A stretch of 42,749 nucleotides of DNA from a virus, in IMG/VR virus record IMGVR_UViG_3300014208_000028, positions 157,123 through 199,871 of that record; one strand, 5' to 3'. Numbering within the stretch: the stretch's first letter is position 1; the number at the start of each line of letters is the position of its first letter. The position numbers and the translations under genes were made by a program. The notes beneath the pieces were generated by a model. The model was given only the letters and a program-made list of their open reading frames with translations. It ran no database searches and was not told the origin of the DNA. Positions 17,393 through 26,030 of the stretch are shown one piece after another.

Positions 17393-18403
17393 TTACTCAG
17401 TCTTTACGAATTCATCGGCCTCCGCAGAATTAACAGCTATCTTATCAGATATCTTCCACGGATTTGCGAGGCTAGTAAAAGCACACTGTTTATCAATATC
17501 TATAGTTTCGAATATCTTACTGAAATCATAATCAGGAACTTCAATAAGATTTTCGGGAATAGGTTCAAACTTCATGGTAGGAGTTATGATTAAAGTTACT
17601 GATTTAGGATTATCCTTCGGGGCAGTTTTTTCTACGACAAGATTAGTATCATAGATACCCGCTCTAACAGGATGTTCGCAGCCATTAGAACATTCAATAC
17701 TCTCAACCGGCATTCCTACATGGCCGCAGCTAGAACACTGAATATCCTCAAAAGCCATCTCAGTAAATTTCTCCGGAGAAATATCGGCTTCAGGATCTAT
17801 TAAGTCACTACCACACTCGGAGCACTTTAAAGCTATAGTCTTTATAGTACCAGTCTTACAAGTTAAACAAGTACCTCCAATATCCATATTAGCTTTAGCC
17901 AATAAAGTCTTCTGATTCTTACCTACCGCCCAATGCCTACGACCTACAGTAACTAAAGGAATTTTGTTTTTACATAATTCACAATTCTTACTTTTACTGC
18001 ACTTTTCAAAAGTCTTATTTCCGCCAGCCGCCAATAATTCATGCATCTGACGTAAATCTAAAATAGTAAATACAAACTGCTTGCTATACCCTACTGCCTT
18101 CTTCTCCTCCAATAACCCAGTCTTAACTGCATCACCGTATTTGCCATAATAGCAGCCAATACAATTACCATCAGTTTTTGGATTATTTTTAGTACAAGTA
18201 AAACGAATAAAATTACCCTTCTTGTTATAGCAAGCATGTTGGGTAAAAGTGTACATCTCTTTAGGAAGTACTCGTATTACTGCCTTACCTTCATTAGCTT
18301 TCAGATTAAAATACTCAGATCTTTCGGGAACGATCTCATTTTTATAACCTTTATTAGTGGTTTCCTTCATTGCCGCGCCGAATTTAAAATACCCTTCACT
18401 CAT
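17393..18403 (-). CDS. Putative gp32-like ssDNA-binding protein with extra zinc ribbons
   Basis: YFNLK...IRVLP...H...FTC...CIGC; multiple CxxC; acidic tail; located between primase and polA. Confidence 0.65.
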   Translation of the reverse strand: MSEGYFKFGAAMKETTNKGYKNEIVPERSEYFNLKANEGKAVIRVLPKEMYTFTQHACYNKKGNFIRFTCTKNNPKTDGNCIGCYYGKYGDAVKTGLLEEKKAVGYSKQFVFTILDLRQMHELLAAGGNKTFEKCSKSKNCELCKNKIPLVTVGRRHWAVGKNQKTLLAKANMDIGGTCLTCKTGTIKTIALKCSECGSDLIDPEADISPEKFTEMAFEDIQCSSCGHVGMPVESIECSNGCEHPVRAGIYDTNLVVEKTAPKDNPKSVTLIITPTMKFEPIPENLIEVPDYDFSKIFETIDIDKQCAFTSLANPWKISDKIAVNSAEADEFVKTE

Positions 18404-19349
18404 TTGAAATCTCCTTTATCTTTAATTTTAGGGTCATCGGGCTTATTGAGCTTGAAAACAATTTTTCCAACTCTTCCTTATTATATTCGTCAGGTTGTTT
18501 TTTATCGCCTAATACTATCCTGACTGTGCCTTTATTCAATAACTTATCGGCTACTGTTTTTTCTTGACCTGTGCCTAATAGTTGCCTAAACCCTCCTTCG
18601 TCATTATCCAAAAATAATATAAATTTATTTGTCAAAGAAGTTAAAATATCTACTTGAGCATCACTTATAGTTGCACCCATTAGAGCTACTGTATTCCAAT
18701 ATCCGTGCTGTAATAGCCATAGACAGGCTTTAAAGCCCTCTACAACTATTATTTCTTTACAATCGTCGAAGTATGCTCGACTATACACTTCGTCTAAATT
18801 ATAAAGAAATTCCCCTTTAAGGAATTCATATCCCGGCGCGATATTTTGAAAGTCCTCAACATAAAATTTATATCTAGAACCTTGATCATCAAATACTCGT
18901 CTACCCCCTATTCCAACTAAAGTTCCGTCTTTATCTCGAATAGGAAAAGTAACGCGATAATTAGCTTTATCGAAACCGATCTGCTTTTTCTTTAATATGT
19001 CTAGCGAGAATCCGCTATTTAACAAGTCTACTGGAATAAATTGTGTATAGGCATCTACGATAGATTCTGGTAAAGTATGTACAGCATTTGTTATACGCCG
19101 TTTTTTATACTTTGAATCGTCTAATTCAATAGAATCTATTATATCACGATCTCCTAAATCTCTCAAAAGCTTTTTGAAATTTCCCCGCTCGTCGCAACTA
19201 GCATGAAAACATCTAAAAAAGCCGGAATCGGGATAAATATATAAATGTCCTTTCCCATGATCATGATGATATATACAAGGAACTTGAAGAGATTTTCCAG
19301 ATATATTTACATGTTTAAATTTACTACGTACATATTCTTCTACATTCAT
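18396..19349 (-). CDS. DNA primase (Zn finger plus TOPRIM)
   Basis: CIYH...CFHASC; FPIRD...GIGGR; VVEG; LDND. Confidence 0.92.
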   Translation of the reverse strand: MNVEEYVRSKFKHVNISGKSLQVPCIYHHDHGKGHLYIYPDSGFFRCFHASCDERGNFKKLLRDLGDRDIIDSIELDDSKYKKRRITNAVHTLPESIVDAYTQFIPVDLLNSGFSLDILKKKQIGFDKANYRVTFPIRDKDGTLVGIGGRRVFDDQGSRYKFYVEDFQNIAPGYEFLKGEFLYNLDEVYSRAYFDDCKEIIVVEGFKACLWLLQHGYWNTVALMGATISDAQVDILTSLTNKFILFLDNDEGGFRQLLGTGQEKTVADKLLNKGTVRIVLGDKKQPDEYNKEELEKLFSSSISPMTLKLKIKEISNE

Positions 19350-19543
19350 TAATCTGGCAAACTTTTTAAAAGTTCTTTATTCTTCTTTATAAATTTTTCT
19401 ACAAGACTTAACGCTTGCTGCTGTCTTTCAGCTTCAAATATAAGATCATCTCCTACATAATCACAGGGATCTAGAGAATTACCTAAAGCTAATTCATATA
19501 CTATATCTAATGCCTTTTTTACAGACATCTTTTTCTTAGACAT
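19349..19543 (-). CDS. Hypothetical protein
   Basis: 1-nt overlaps in operon. Confidence 0.6.
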   Translation of the reverse strand: MSKKKMSVKKALDIVYELALGNSLDPCDYVGDDLIFEAERQQQALSLVEKFIKKNKELLKSLPD

Positions 19544-19695
19544 TATTTCACCTTTTTAACTTTAAACATTTTTCTAGTAGTATTTAAATACTTCATTATT
19601 CCTTTAGCAACTTTTCTACCTGCCGCTTTTTCTTCATCGCTAATATTTCCATCAAAATAATCCATAACATACTTATTAAAATCTTCCGGCTTCAT
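19543..19695 (-). CDS. Small basic protein (not in ORF track)
   Basis: 50 aa MKPEDFNKYVMDYF...; fills the gap exactly. Confidence 0.55.
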   Translation of the reverse strand: MKPEDFNKYVMDYFDGNISDEEKAAGRKVAKGIMKYLNTTRKMFKVKKVK

Positions 19696-19699
19696 TATT

Positions 19700-21118
19700 T
19701 CACCCACTATTAAAATTAGTTTCTCTAATCTTATTTAATTTTTCTTCTACATTATCTGTAGACTTACCCTTACCCTTGCTTTTCCCATTCATAGCTTCGG
19801 CGCTTATAGTAGCGTCTAATTCACTTACACCTAATCTATCAGCACTTAAGAACTTCTTCATATTTAACTTATCGCTATATTTAACATCCATATTTTCAGC
19901 TAATAGACAATTTATAACAAAAGCTTTTTCTTCACCTTCTCTTATAGCTTTAATTACTACAGCTATTTCTTTTTCTTTATAATCTCTAAATATTCTAAGT
20001 ACTACATCAGCATCTCTAGTAAAGCTGGCACTATAACCTATATCATCGTATTTACTAGCACTATCTCCTCCACGATTTGCTTGAGTAGTAATTACTACAG
20101 GTATATTTTTTATTTGAGCTAATTCTTTTAAATCCTGAGTAATATGGGTTATATTTTTATAATCTATTGTACGTTCTTTAGTTCTATCGTCTGCAAGTAG
20201 ATATACCCCATCTACAAATACTATATCAGGTCTATATTCATCTACTTTAGCTAAGATACTACTTACAGATACTGCCCCTCCCGCCGCGCCACGACCATCA
20301 GAAATTATAAACTTACCTACACTAGGAGTATCAGCTTTTTCTTTACTATCTATAGCCATCTTTTCTAATTCTTTACGAACTCTAATTTCTTCTTCAGTAT
20401 CTAATTTACCTTTACTGAATTGTCCATAATTAACTTTAGCATATATGGCTACTGCTCTTTTAGCTATTTGTTCAGAACTCATTTCTTTAGTAATTACTAA
20501 TACTCTTTTTCCACACTGTTTATAAAGATGGATAGCCATATAAAGCATTACCCAACTTTTACAGCTTTTAGGAGAGCCGTAGATAACGATTAAGTTCTGA
20601 GGATGCATACCTCCAGTCTCTTCACTTAAAAACGGCCAGGGATATGGAAGCCCTGTTACACCCCTAAATAATTTAGTAGATTGATAAGTATCTAATATAG
20701 GTCTAACTTGATCGGTTAAGTTAATATCATTAGGAGAGAACTTCCATTTAGACTGTAATTCTCTAGCCCCCTTGGTCATAGAGTTTAAAGCATCTTTAGG
20801 ACTAGTATCGGCTAAAGAAGTTACCTTTTGAAGTAGCTTACCCATCTCTATTTCAAAGTTAGATTGTACTACTTGTTCACATAAAGCTTCTATAGTATCT
20901 GTAGATTTTACAGGTTTAAATTCTTTTATTTTTTCTTGTATTAATTCAGCACTTGGCACCCCGCCAAATCTATTACGATGTTCTAATATAATTCCGTAAA
21001 CTCGGCGGGCAATAATATCTTTAAAATGATCTCCTTGAATTCCATATTTGATTAAAGGAATATCTGGATTGTTACTTTCTATAATCTTACTTAATAATCT
21101 TATCTCCCAATTAGCCAA
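19700..21118 (-). CDS. DnaB-like replicative helicase
   Basis: TGLPYPW, TGGMHP, GSPKSCKS, KEMS, VFVDG, TQANR, DADVV. Confidence 0.92.
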   Translation of the reverse strand: MANWEIRLLSKIIESNNPDIPLIKYGIQGDHFKDIIARRVYGIILEHRNRFGGVPSAELIQEKIKEFKPVKSTDTIEALCEQVVQSNFEIEMGKLLQKVTSLADTSPKDALNSMTKGARELQSKWKFSPNDINLTDQVRPILDTYQSTKLFRGVTGLPYPWPFLSEETGGMHPQNLIVIYGSPKSCKSWVMLYMAIHLYKQCGKRVLVITKEMSSEQIAKRAVAIYAKVNYGQFSKGKLDTEEEIRVRKELEKMAIDSKEKADTPSVGKFIISDGRGAAGGAVSVSSILAKVDEYRPDIVFVDGVYLLADDRTKERTIDYKNITHITQDLKELAQIKNIPVVITTQANRGGDSASKYDDIGYSASFTRDADVVLRIFRDYKEKEIAVVIKAIREGEEKAFVINCLLAENMDVKYSDKLNMKKFLSADRLGVSELDATISAEAMNGKSKGKGKSTDNVEEKLNKIRETNFNSG

Positions 21119-21502
21119 CTATTCCTCCTGATCTATAATTTTTTTATTTTCTATATCAATAAAATAGCTATGAGGATCTCTCCTATTTCTCCATCCCGGA
21201 TCTAAATTATATCTAATTCCAGAAACTATACTTACAACTTTCCAACCTCTAGAATTTATACGTATAGAAGGATATAAACCTGTACCCCTATTTTCGATTA
21301 AAGCCATTTCTTCTAAGTCATCAAATGTATCTATATCCTCATCACTTATTTTAGATACTAATCCAGCTCCTCTAGGGCTATATTCCCCATTTTCATCTTC
21401 TTCTATAAAATCAATCCATCCCTCTCTATCAGAATCGTTCCATGAACAAAGTACTAAAAATCTTAATAAAGAATAGTGCTTACTATTAATCTTAATCATC
21501 AA
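21119..21502 (-). CDS. Hypothetical protein (possible winged helix)
   Basis: LEEMALIE...INSRGW pattern. Confidence 0.6.
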   Translation of the reverse strand: MMIKINSKHYSLLRFLVLCSWNDSDREGWIDFIEEDENGEYSPRGAGLVSKISDEDIDTFDDLEEMALIENRGTGLYPSIRINSRGWKVVSIVSGIRYNLDPGWRNRRDPHSYFIDIENKKIIDQEE

Positions 21503-21830
21503 ACAATCTATGCCTCACTTCATCTTCAATTAATTTACATAACTCATTTAACTTACTATTAACTTCATCGGACATAATATAATTGTTATTAGCCTCTAAA
21601 TAAGTAAACCCCATTCCACTTTCCATATAGTCAGACACATTCTCTTCTGGGGCTACAATCTTTTTTAAATCGGCGGGCAATTTATTATATTCTTCTATTA
21701 AATTTCTTTGATCTATTTGAGCGATTAAATTTAAATTAACTTTAAACTCAGGGGTATCTCCATGTCTAACAAAAGATATATCTCTAACTCTAACATCACT
21801 TATTCTACTCAATCTCATTTTATCGGCCAT
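21492..21830 (-). CDS. Hypothetical protein
   Basis: Packed ORF in operon. Confidence 0.65.
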   Translation of the reverse strand: MADKMRLSRISDVRVRDISFVRHGDTPEFKVNLNLIAQIDQRNLIEEYNKLPADLKKIVAPEENVSDYMESGMGFTYLEANNNYIMSDEVNSKLNELCKLIEDEVRHRLFDD

Positions 21831-21831
21831 A

Positions 21832-22182
21832 TCAATTGTCGCCCTTTTTATTTATAAAATCTTTTGTAAGTTCCTGTATTAAAGTTTTTAATTCCTCAGT
21901 TATAATTAATCTCATTTCCTTATAGGCATCTGGAATATCTATTTGCCTAACATCTACAGGCACCCTAATACCCGCACTTCCGCCGACACTAGCATACATA
22001 TCTTTTATCGATTCTTTATAGTTAACTTCAGATTCAAGATAAATAGGGTATTTAGGTAAATCGCCTTCTATAGCCTGTTCTATAATTCTAAAGTTTTTAA
22101 TCTTCTTAAGTACGACTCCATTAGCCGTCAATTCTCCAGTACTAGCAATATACCCGCTCTCATCTTTTTTACTAGAATCCAT
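21832..22182 (-). CDS. Hypothetical protein
   Basis: GAGGAG RBS. Confidence 0.65.
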   Translation of the reverse strand: MDSSKKDESGYIASTGELTANGVVLKKIKNFRIIEQAIEGDLPKYPIYLESEVNYKESIKDMYASVGGSAGIRVPVDVRQIDIPDAYKEMRLIITEELKTLIQELTKDFINKKGDN

Positions 22183-22625
22183 TATTTCTCCTCACCAATT
22201 GTAATAGTATCAATTAATGTGCCTTTTCTAATTTTATACATTCCATCTCTTTTCGGGGTATATACTTTAATTTCTACAGGATCTAAAGTAACCTCATAAA
22301 TAAATTCTACATCACAATGTAATCCTGTAGTCGGCTCATACGCTCCTACTTTCCAATTACAGCTACCGGGGCCGCTAGGAGAATAATCTTTTAACTTTAT
22401 ATCTTTATTTCCAGAAGCATTCCAAGGTTCTCCTAAATATTCCTGCGCCCCACAAAGGATAACCCATCCACAAAATTGATTTAAATCATCTCTAGCTCCT
22501 TTTTTTAATAATCCTAATATATTTTTTAAACTAGGAATTACGCATGAAGGATACCCATCACTATGTCTATAAAAATATAATCTACTCTTTCCTTCTCTAA
22601 ATATTATGTTAGCTCTTGTACTCAT
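22182..22625 (-). CDS. Conserved phage protein, MSTR...YxHxDGYP type
   Basis: MSTRANI...FYRHSDGYP...DVEFIY. Confidence 0.7.
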   Translation of the reverse strand: MSTRANIIFREGKSRLYFYRHSDGYPSCVIPSLKNILGLLKKGARDDLNQFCGWVILCGAQEYLGEPWNASGNKDIKLKDYSPSGPGSCNWKVGAYEPTTGLHCDVEFIYEVTLDPVEIKVYTPKRDGMYKIRKGTLIDTITIGEEK

Positions 22626-23272
22626 ACTAATACTCCTGTTTTTTCTTTATAAATTTTCGATAATTCTAATGCTTTAGCATAGTCACATAAACAATCATGT
22701 AAGGGATCTTTAACTACTACACTTGGATTACGTAATAGATAAGCTATAGGCCACGTAGCTAATGCTGGATATATTATAGCCCCCTCTTTTCCAGGAACTG
22801 TAACTAATTGAACTTTACCTCTAGCATTAGATAAAGATGTCTTATCCTGCCTAACTAGATATTGAATCGGAGGCTGGCCTAATAAAACTATTACTTTAGG
22901 GTCTATTATGTATATTTCTTTATTTAATCTATCTATACAATTACTTACTTCTAAGCTATTAGGTATTCTATTTTTATTTATATTATCTGCTTCTACGGAT
23001 CTACATAAAGTTAAATTAGATACATATACTTCATTTCTTTTCAGGCCCACTTTTTCTAATAGAGCATTAAATATACTTCCACCCGATCCAGCTAAAGGAG
23101 CCATTTCAGATTCCTCATCTTCGCCGGGGGAGATGTGGATAAACATTAAATCAGCATTTATATTACCAGACCCGAATACTTTATCTCTTTCTCCCATAAT
23201 ACATTTTTTACAATGTATGTATTCTTTACATAACTCCATTAATAATTCACGTTTCTCGTCTGAAGATATCAA
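22622..23272 (-). CDS. Uracil-DNA glycosylase family 4-like protein with degenerate active site
   Basis: CKKC, VFGSGN..A.LMFI, SNLTLCR, NC, IDPKVIVLLG, AYLLRNP. Confidence 0.85.
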   Translation of the reverse strand: MISSDEKRELLMELCKEYIHCKKCIMGERDKVFGSGNINADLMFIHISPGEDEESEMAPLAGSGGSIFNALLEKVGLKRNEVYVSNLTLCRSVEADNINKNRIPNSLEVSNCIDRLNKEIYIIDPKVIVLLGQPPIQYLVRQDKTSLSNARGKVQLVTVPGKEGAIIYPALATWPIAYLLRNPSVVVKDPLHDCLCDYAKALELSKIYKEKTGVLV

Positions 23273-23282
23273 ACTATCCTCC

Positions 23283-23501
23283 TCATTCTTTTCTATTTAA
23301 ACAGATTTGTAAATGTTTAATATTTTGTTTAAGTTCCTTATTCTCTTTTTTTAATTCAAAATACTCAAATAGAGTATTCATTATTACATGAGTAGCTTCG
23401 TCAAAAGCACTAAAGTCCGGGTCATCATCTTCATATAAAGATGTATGGATTTTAATTAATCTATCTTTAGTTATAAGTTCTAATTTATCTTTTGCCATCA
23501 A
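23283..23501 (-). CDS. Hypothetical protein
   Basis: Short ORF with RBS. Confidence 0.55.
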   Translation of the reverse strand: MMAKDKLELITKDRLIKIHTSLYEDDDPDFSAFDEATHVIMNTLFEYFELKKENKELKQNIKHLQICLNRKE

Positions 23502-23814
23502 ATTCTCCCTTAGCTATATATAATAGTGTATAGTCCACATCAATGCTGAATGGAGTAGCTTTACGGCCTACTAATAAGTAATTTATAGGAACTAATTCTG
23601 ATAATCTAAAATTTATCACATATATAGACATATTGCCTACATTTATATCCTTACCAATATCTTCTCTATTTAAATACATATTACTAGGAAAACCTAAGTC
23701 TTTATCTGATATTTCAGTATTCGGATTTACTAATCCTTCTACCTCATATCTATATTTTCTATAGTAATTAACTACATTTAAAAATTCTTCCATAGAAAAC
23801 AATAGGCTATCCAT
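23485..23814 (-). CDS. Hypothetical protein
   Basis: Overlaps both neighbours. Confidence 0.6.
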   Translation of the reverse strand: MDSLLFSMEEFLNVVNYYRKYRYEVEGLVNPNTEISDKDLGFPSNMYLNREDIGKDINVGNMSIYVINFRLSELVPINYLLVGRKATPFSIDVDYTLLYIAKGEFDGKR

Positions 23815-24322
23815 CTACTGAAGCGCCCCACGCAAATATATGGTTGAATCTATCAATACTTTCTCTAACTTCGTCTGGCTCGTCGTAATTATATAATTGA
23901 TTAGGACAATTAATTATAATAGCCTCTTCATTGCCTATATTTTTAAAGCCATGCCAATAACCTTTATATATAGTTATTAAACTAGGATTCGTACCGTCCA
24001 TAACTATCTTTTTCAAATCAGCCCGTTTTTGTTCTTCTAAAAATAAGGGAGGATAACTTTGTAAATGATTAGGTTTGGGAAGGGCGTCTTTATCAATTTC
24101 AGGAATAAATAAAGTTACAAATAATACTCTTCCTTTCACACACACCATTCTATCTGTTTGTTCGCGGTGGAGATGCCAAGCCTTAGAAATTCCCGGCAAT
24201 ACTGTAGTCATATATACTTGTTGTATAGGACCATTAGAATCTCTATCTATTCTAACTATTTCAGTTAAACTTCCCCGCGCATCAAATATAGTATCTAATT
24301 TAGTTACATTTGTATTATTCAT
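23807..24322 (-). CDS. RmlC-like cupin (dTDP-4-dehydrorhamnose 3,5-epimerase family)
   Basis: DARGSLTE, QVY.T...PG..KAWHLH..QTD, WHGFKN. Confidence 0.85.
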   Translation of the reverse strand: MNNTNVTKLDTIFDARGSLTEIVRIDRDSNGPIQQVYMTTVLPGISKAWHLHREQTDRMVCVKGRVLFVTLFIPEIDKDALPKPNHLQSYPPLFLEEQKRADLKKIVMDGTNPSLITIYKGYWHGFKNIGNEEAIIINCPNQLYNYDEPDEVRESIDRFNHIFAWGASVDG

Positions 24323-24555
24323 TCTATCTCCTTTTTTATATACTTATCTATATATGATTTAGCTTCTAAATCTCCATGTCTATGGTAGTACTCTAATATA
24401 ATTTTTTCGGCCTCATTTAAAAGCCGCGATTTTAAAAGCCTTACTTGTTCTAATAATATTTCTACATCAACATCTACTAAAGAACTTAAAATAGAGTTAG
24501 ATCCAATAATATCTCCTTCTATCTCTTTCAATTCTTCATCAGTTATAATATTCAC
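24319..24555 (-). CDS. Hypothetical protein
   Basis: GTGA/ATGA overlaps. Confidence 0.55.
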   Translation of the reverse strand: MNIITDEELKEIEGDIIGSNSILSSLVDVDVEILLEQVRLLKSRLLNEAEKIILEYYHRHGDLEAKSYIDKYIKKEIE

Positions 24556-24731
24556 TTATTACCGCCTAAATATGTTTCTACATCTACGTAAGTTTTAACA
24601 TCTGCTGTAGGCTCCAATTTTATTTCTTTATAAATACTATTTAAAGTATTATTTATATTCTCTAATAGAATTAACATTTTCTCATTTATATAATCTTTTC
24701 TCGCCTCTCGCGCCGAAGTTTGTAAATCCAT
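24552..24731 (-). CDS. Small protein (not in ORF track)
   Basis: AAGGAG RBS, 59 aa MDLQTSAREARK... Confidence 0.6.
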   Translation of the reverse strand: MDLQTSAREARKDYINEKMLILLENINNTLNSIYKEIKLEPTADVKTYVDVETYLGGNK

Positions 24732-24827
24732 ATTAATCTCCTTTAAAATAAATAGCTAAAAACTATTAAATTGTAGCCTAAAATTAAAAATTGGTTGAGG
24801 GTTAATAATTAAATGAACACTTTGACT

Positions 24828-24906
24828 AAAAAAGAAGAAGAGAAGATCCTGAAAGGAAAATGTCTTTTGCAAAGGAGGTTTGAAAATGACGACTTCTCTT
24901 CTTCAA
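24828..24906 (-). ncRNA. Candidate antisense sRNA with two anti-RBS/anti-AUG elements
   Basis: Promoter motif 24911-24919; perfect 12-bp IR 24834-24845/24893-24904; U6 tail; 47-nt loop. Confidence 0.6.
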
Positions 24907-24910
24907 TTAT

Positions 24911-24919
24911 TATATAACA
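24911..24919 (-). promoter_or_regulatory. Recurrent phage promoter motif TGTTATATA
   Basis: Intergenic, 6 nt before the sRNA stem. Confidence 0.6.
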
Positions 24920-24946
24920 TATTATTTTAGAAAATTGCGGACCAAA

Positions 24947-25180
24947 TTATCTAAGTAATTTACTAGACCATTTAGGATAGACTACATGACAAAGAGTAAC
25001 AGTATCTTCACAACTTATATTAAGTCTCATAGATAATTTAGATATAATTCTATCTATAGGGGTTTTCTTACTTATCTCATTCCTTATAAAATCTCCAACA
25101 TATAACCTGGCCGCAGTTACTATTGCCTCTAATTCAATAATATCCCCATTTAAAGTTCTACTAGCTATGCCTACTTTCAT
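24947..25180 (-). CDS. Hypothetical protein
   Basis: ATGA overlap. Confidence 0.6.
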   Translation of the reverse strand: MKVGIASRTLNGDIIELEAIVTAARLYVGDFIRNEISKKTPIDRIISKLSMRLNISCEDTVTLCHVVYPKWSSKLLR

Positions 25181-25365
25181 TTATCTCTCCACACTCCTTC
25201 TTTTCCATTTCTATCTTTATATACATATACTGCATTAGGAAATCCTTCATATTCAACAGTTATACTATTAGACATTTCAAGCAATAGTTTACTAGTCAGT
25301 AAAAATTCTAGAGGAACTTCTGAAGGATAGTCATGATTCATATCTATGTCTATTGTCATACGCAT
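25177..25365 (-). CDS. Hypothetical protein
   Basis: AAGGAG RBS. Confidence 0.6.
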   Translation of the reverse strand: MRMTIDIDMNHDYPSEVPLEFLLTSKLLLEMSNSITVEYEGFPNAVYVYKDRNGKEGVWRDK

Positions 25366-25384
25366 ATCTATCTCCTTATAAATT

Positions 25385-25405
25385 AAAAAAGTTCCGAAGA
25401 ACTTT
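25385..25405 (-). terminator. Terminator after tRNA pair
   Basis: AAAGTTC-TTCG-GAACTTT plus T run. Confidence 0.6.
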
Positions 25406-25413
25406 AATTCTTA

Positions 25414-25489
25414 TGGTGGACCCTGCATGATTCGAACATGCGACAGTTCGGTTATGAGCCGAGTGCGCTACCAACTGCGCCAAGGGTCC
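25414..25489 (-). tRNA. tRNA with CAT anticodon, probably Ile2 (lysidine type) rather than Met
   Basis: 76-nt cloverleaf, acceptor GGACCCT/AGGGTCC, loop CTCATAA, TTCGAAT, encoded CCA; C4-G69 and C5-G68 as in Ile2. Confidence 0.88.
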
Positions 25490-25496
25490 ATAATAC

Positions 25497-25573
25497 TGGT
25501 AGTCCCGGTTGGAATTGAACCAACAGCCTGTCGGTTATAGGCCGACTGCTCGAACCAATTGAGCTGCGAGACT
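25497..25573 (-). tRNA. tRNA-Ile(TAT), non-canonical (C8, C33)
   Basis: 77-nt cloverleaf, acceptor AGTCTCG/CGGGACT, anticodon arm GTCGG-CCTATAA-CCGAC, TTCAATT, encoded CCA. Confidence 0.82.
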
Positions 25574-25592
25574 ATAAAATATTTTCATAATC

Positions 25593-25601
25593 TATATAAC
25601 A
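25593..25601 (-). promoter_or_regulatory. Recurrent phage promoter motif driving the tRNAs
   Basis: TGTTATATA about 20 nt upstream of the first tRNA. Confidence 0.65.
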
Positions 25602-25624
25602 TAGAAGTTATATTTTTTTATAGA

Positions 25625-25870
25625 TTATATCTCAATCTTCCCCACCACACTCTTTTCTAACCAAATTCTTGGAGTAGAATTATATTTATCTATAATTTGC
25701 TTAATTTCTAAGCTCGATATGTCATAATTATGCGGCCTATATTTCGGAATTTCATAACAAAATATTTTCCATACAATGCCATTATTAATGAATATAATAT
25801 CCATCTTTTTTTGAACACGGATCATGTCTGATAGGGATTCTATAAAAATTTCTTTAAATATGCTTTGCAT
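25625..25870 (-). CDS. Hypothetical protein
   Basis: AGGAG RBS. Confidence 0.55.
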   Translation of the reverse strand: MQSIFKEIFIESLSDMIRVQKKMDIIFINNGIVWKIFCYEIPKYRPHNYDISSLEIKQIIDKYNSTPRIWLEKSVVGKIEI

Positions 25871-25906
25871 TTATTAAATTACTCCTAATATGTTATATTA
25901 TATTTC

Positions 25907-26030
25907 GCTGGCTATTTTATCCTATTTTCACCAGCAGATCCGAGTGTTTGCAACTTCGTTGTCAGTCCATTAAGTATCGTACTTTTCAGTTTTCCATACT
26001 TAACTTCAATCCGGCAACTAGGACTCGGCA
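25907..26030 (-). ncRNA. Candidate structured RNA (long irregular hairpin plus second hairpin)
   Basis: CCGAGT/ACTCGG closing stem, TTAAGTAT/ATACTTAA inner stem, GCTGG/CCAGC hairpin; promoter motif 26036-26044. Confidence 0.5.

Noticed and set aside
14514-21118. Inteins or group I introns in polA, helicase or primase
   Set aside because: Proteins are of normal length with contiguous motifs; the HEGs lie between genes with no room for intron cores.
25497-25573. Amber suppressor (CTA) reading of the tRNA, and genetic code reassignment
   Set aside because: In the 7-nt loop CCTATAA the central triplet is TAT. Core genes are full length in code 11 and TAG/TGA act as normal stops.
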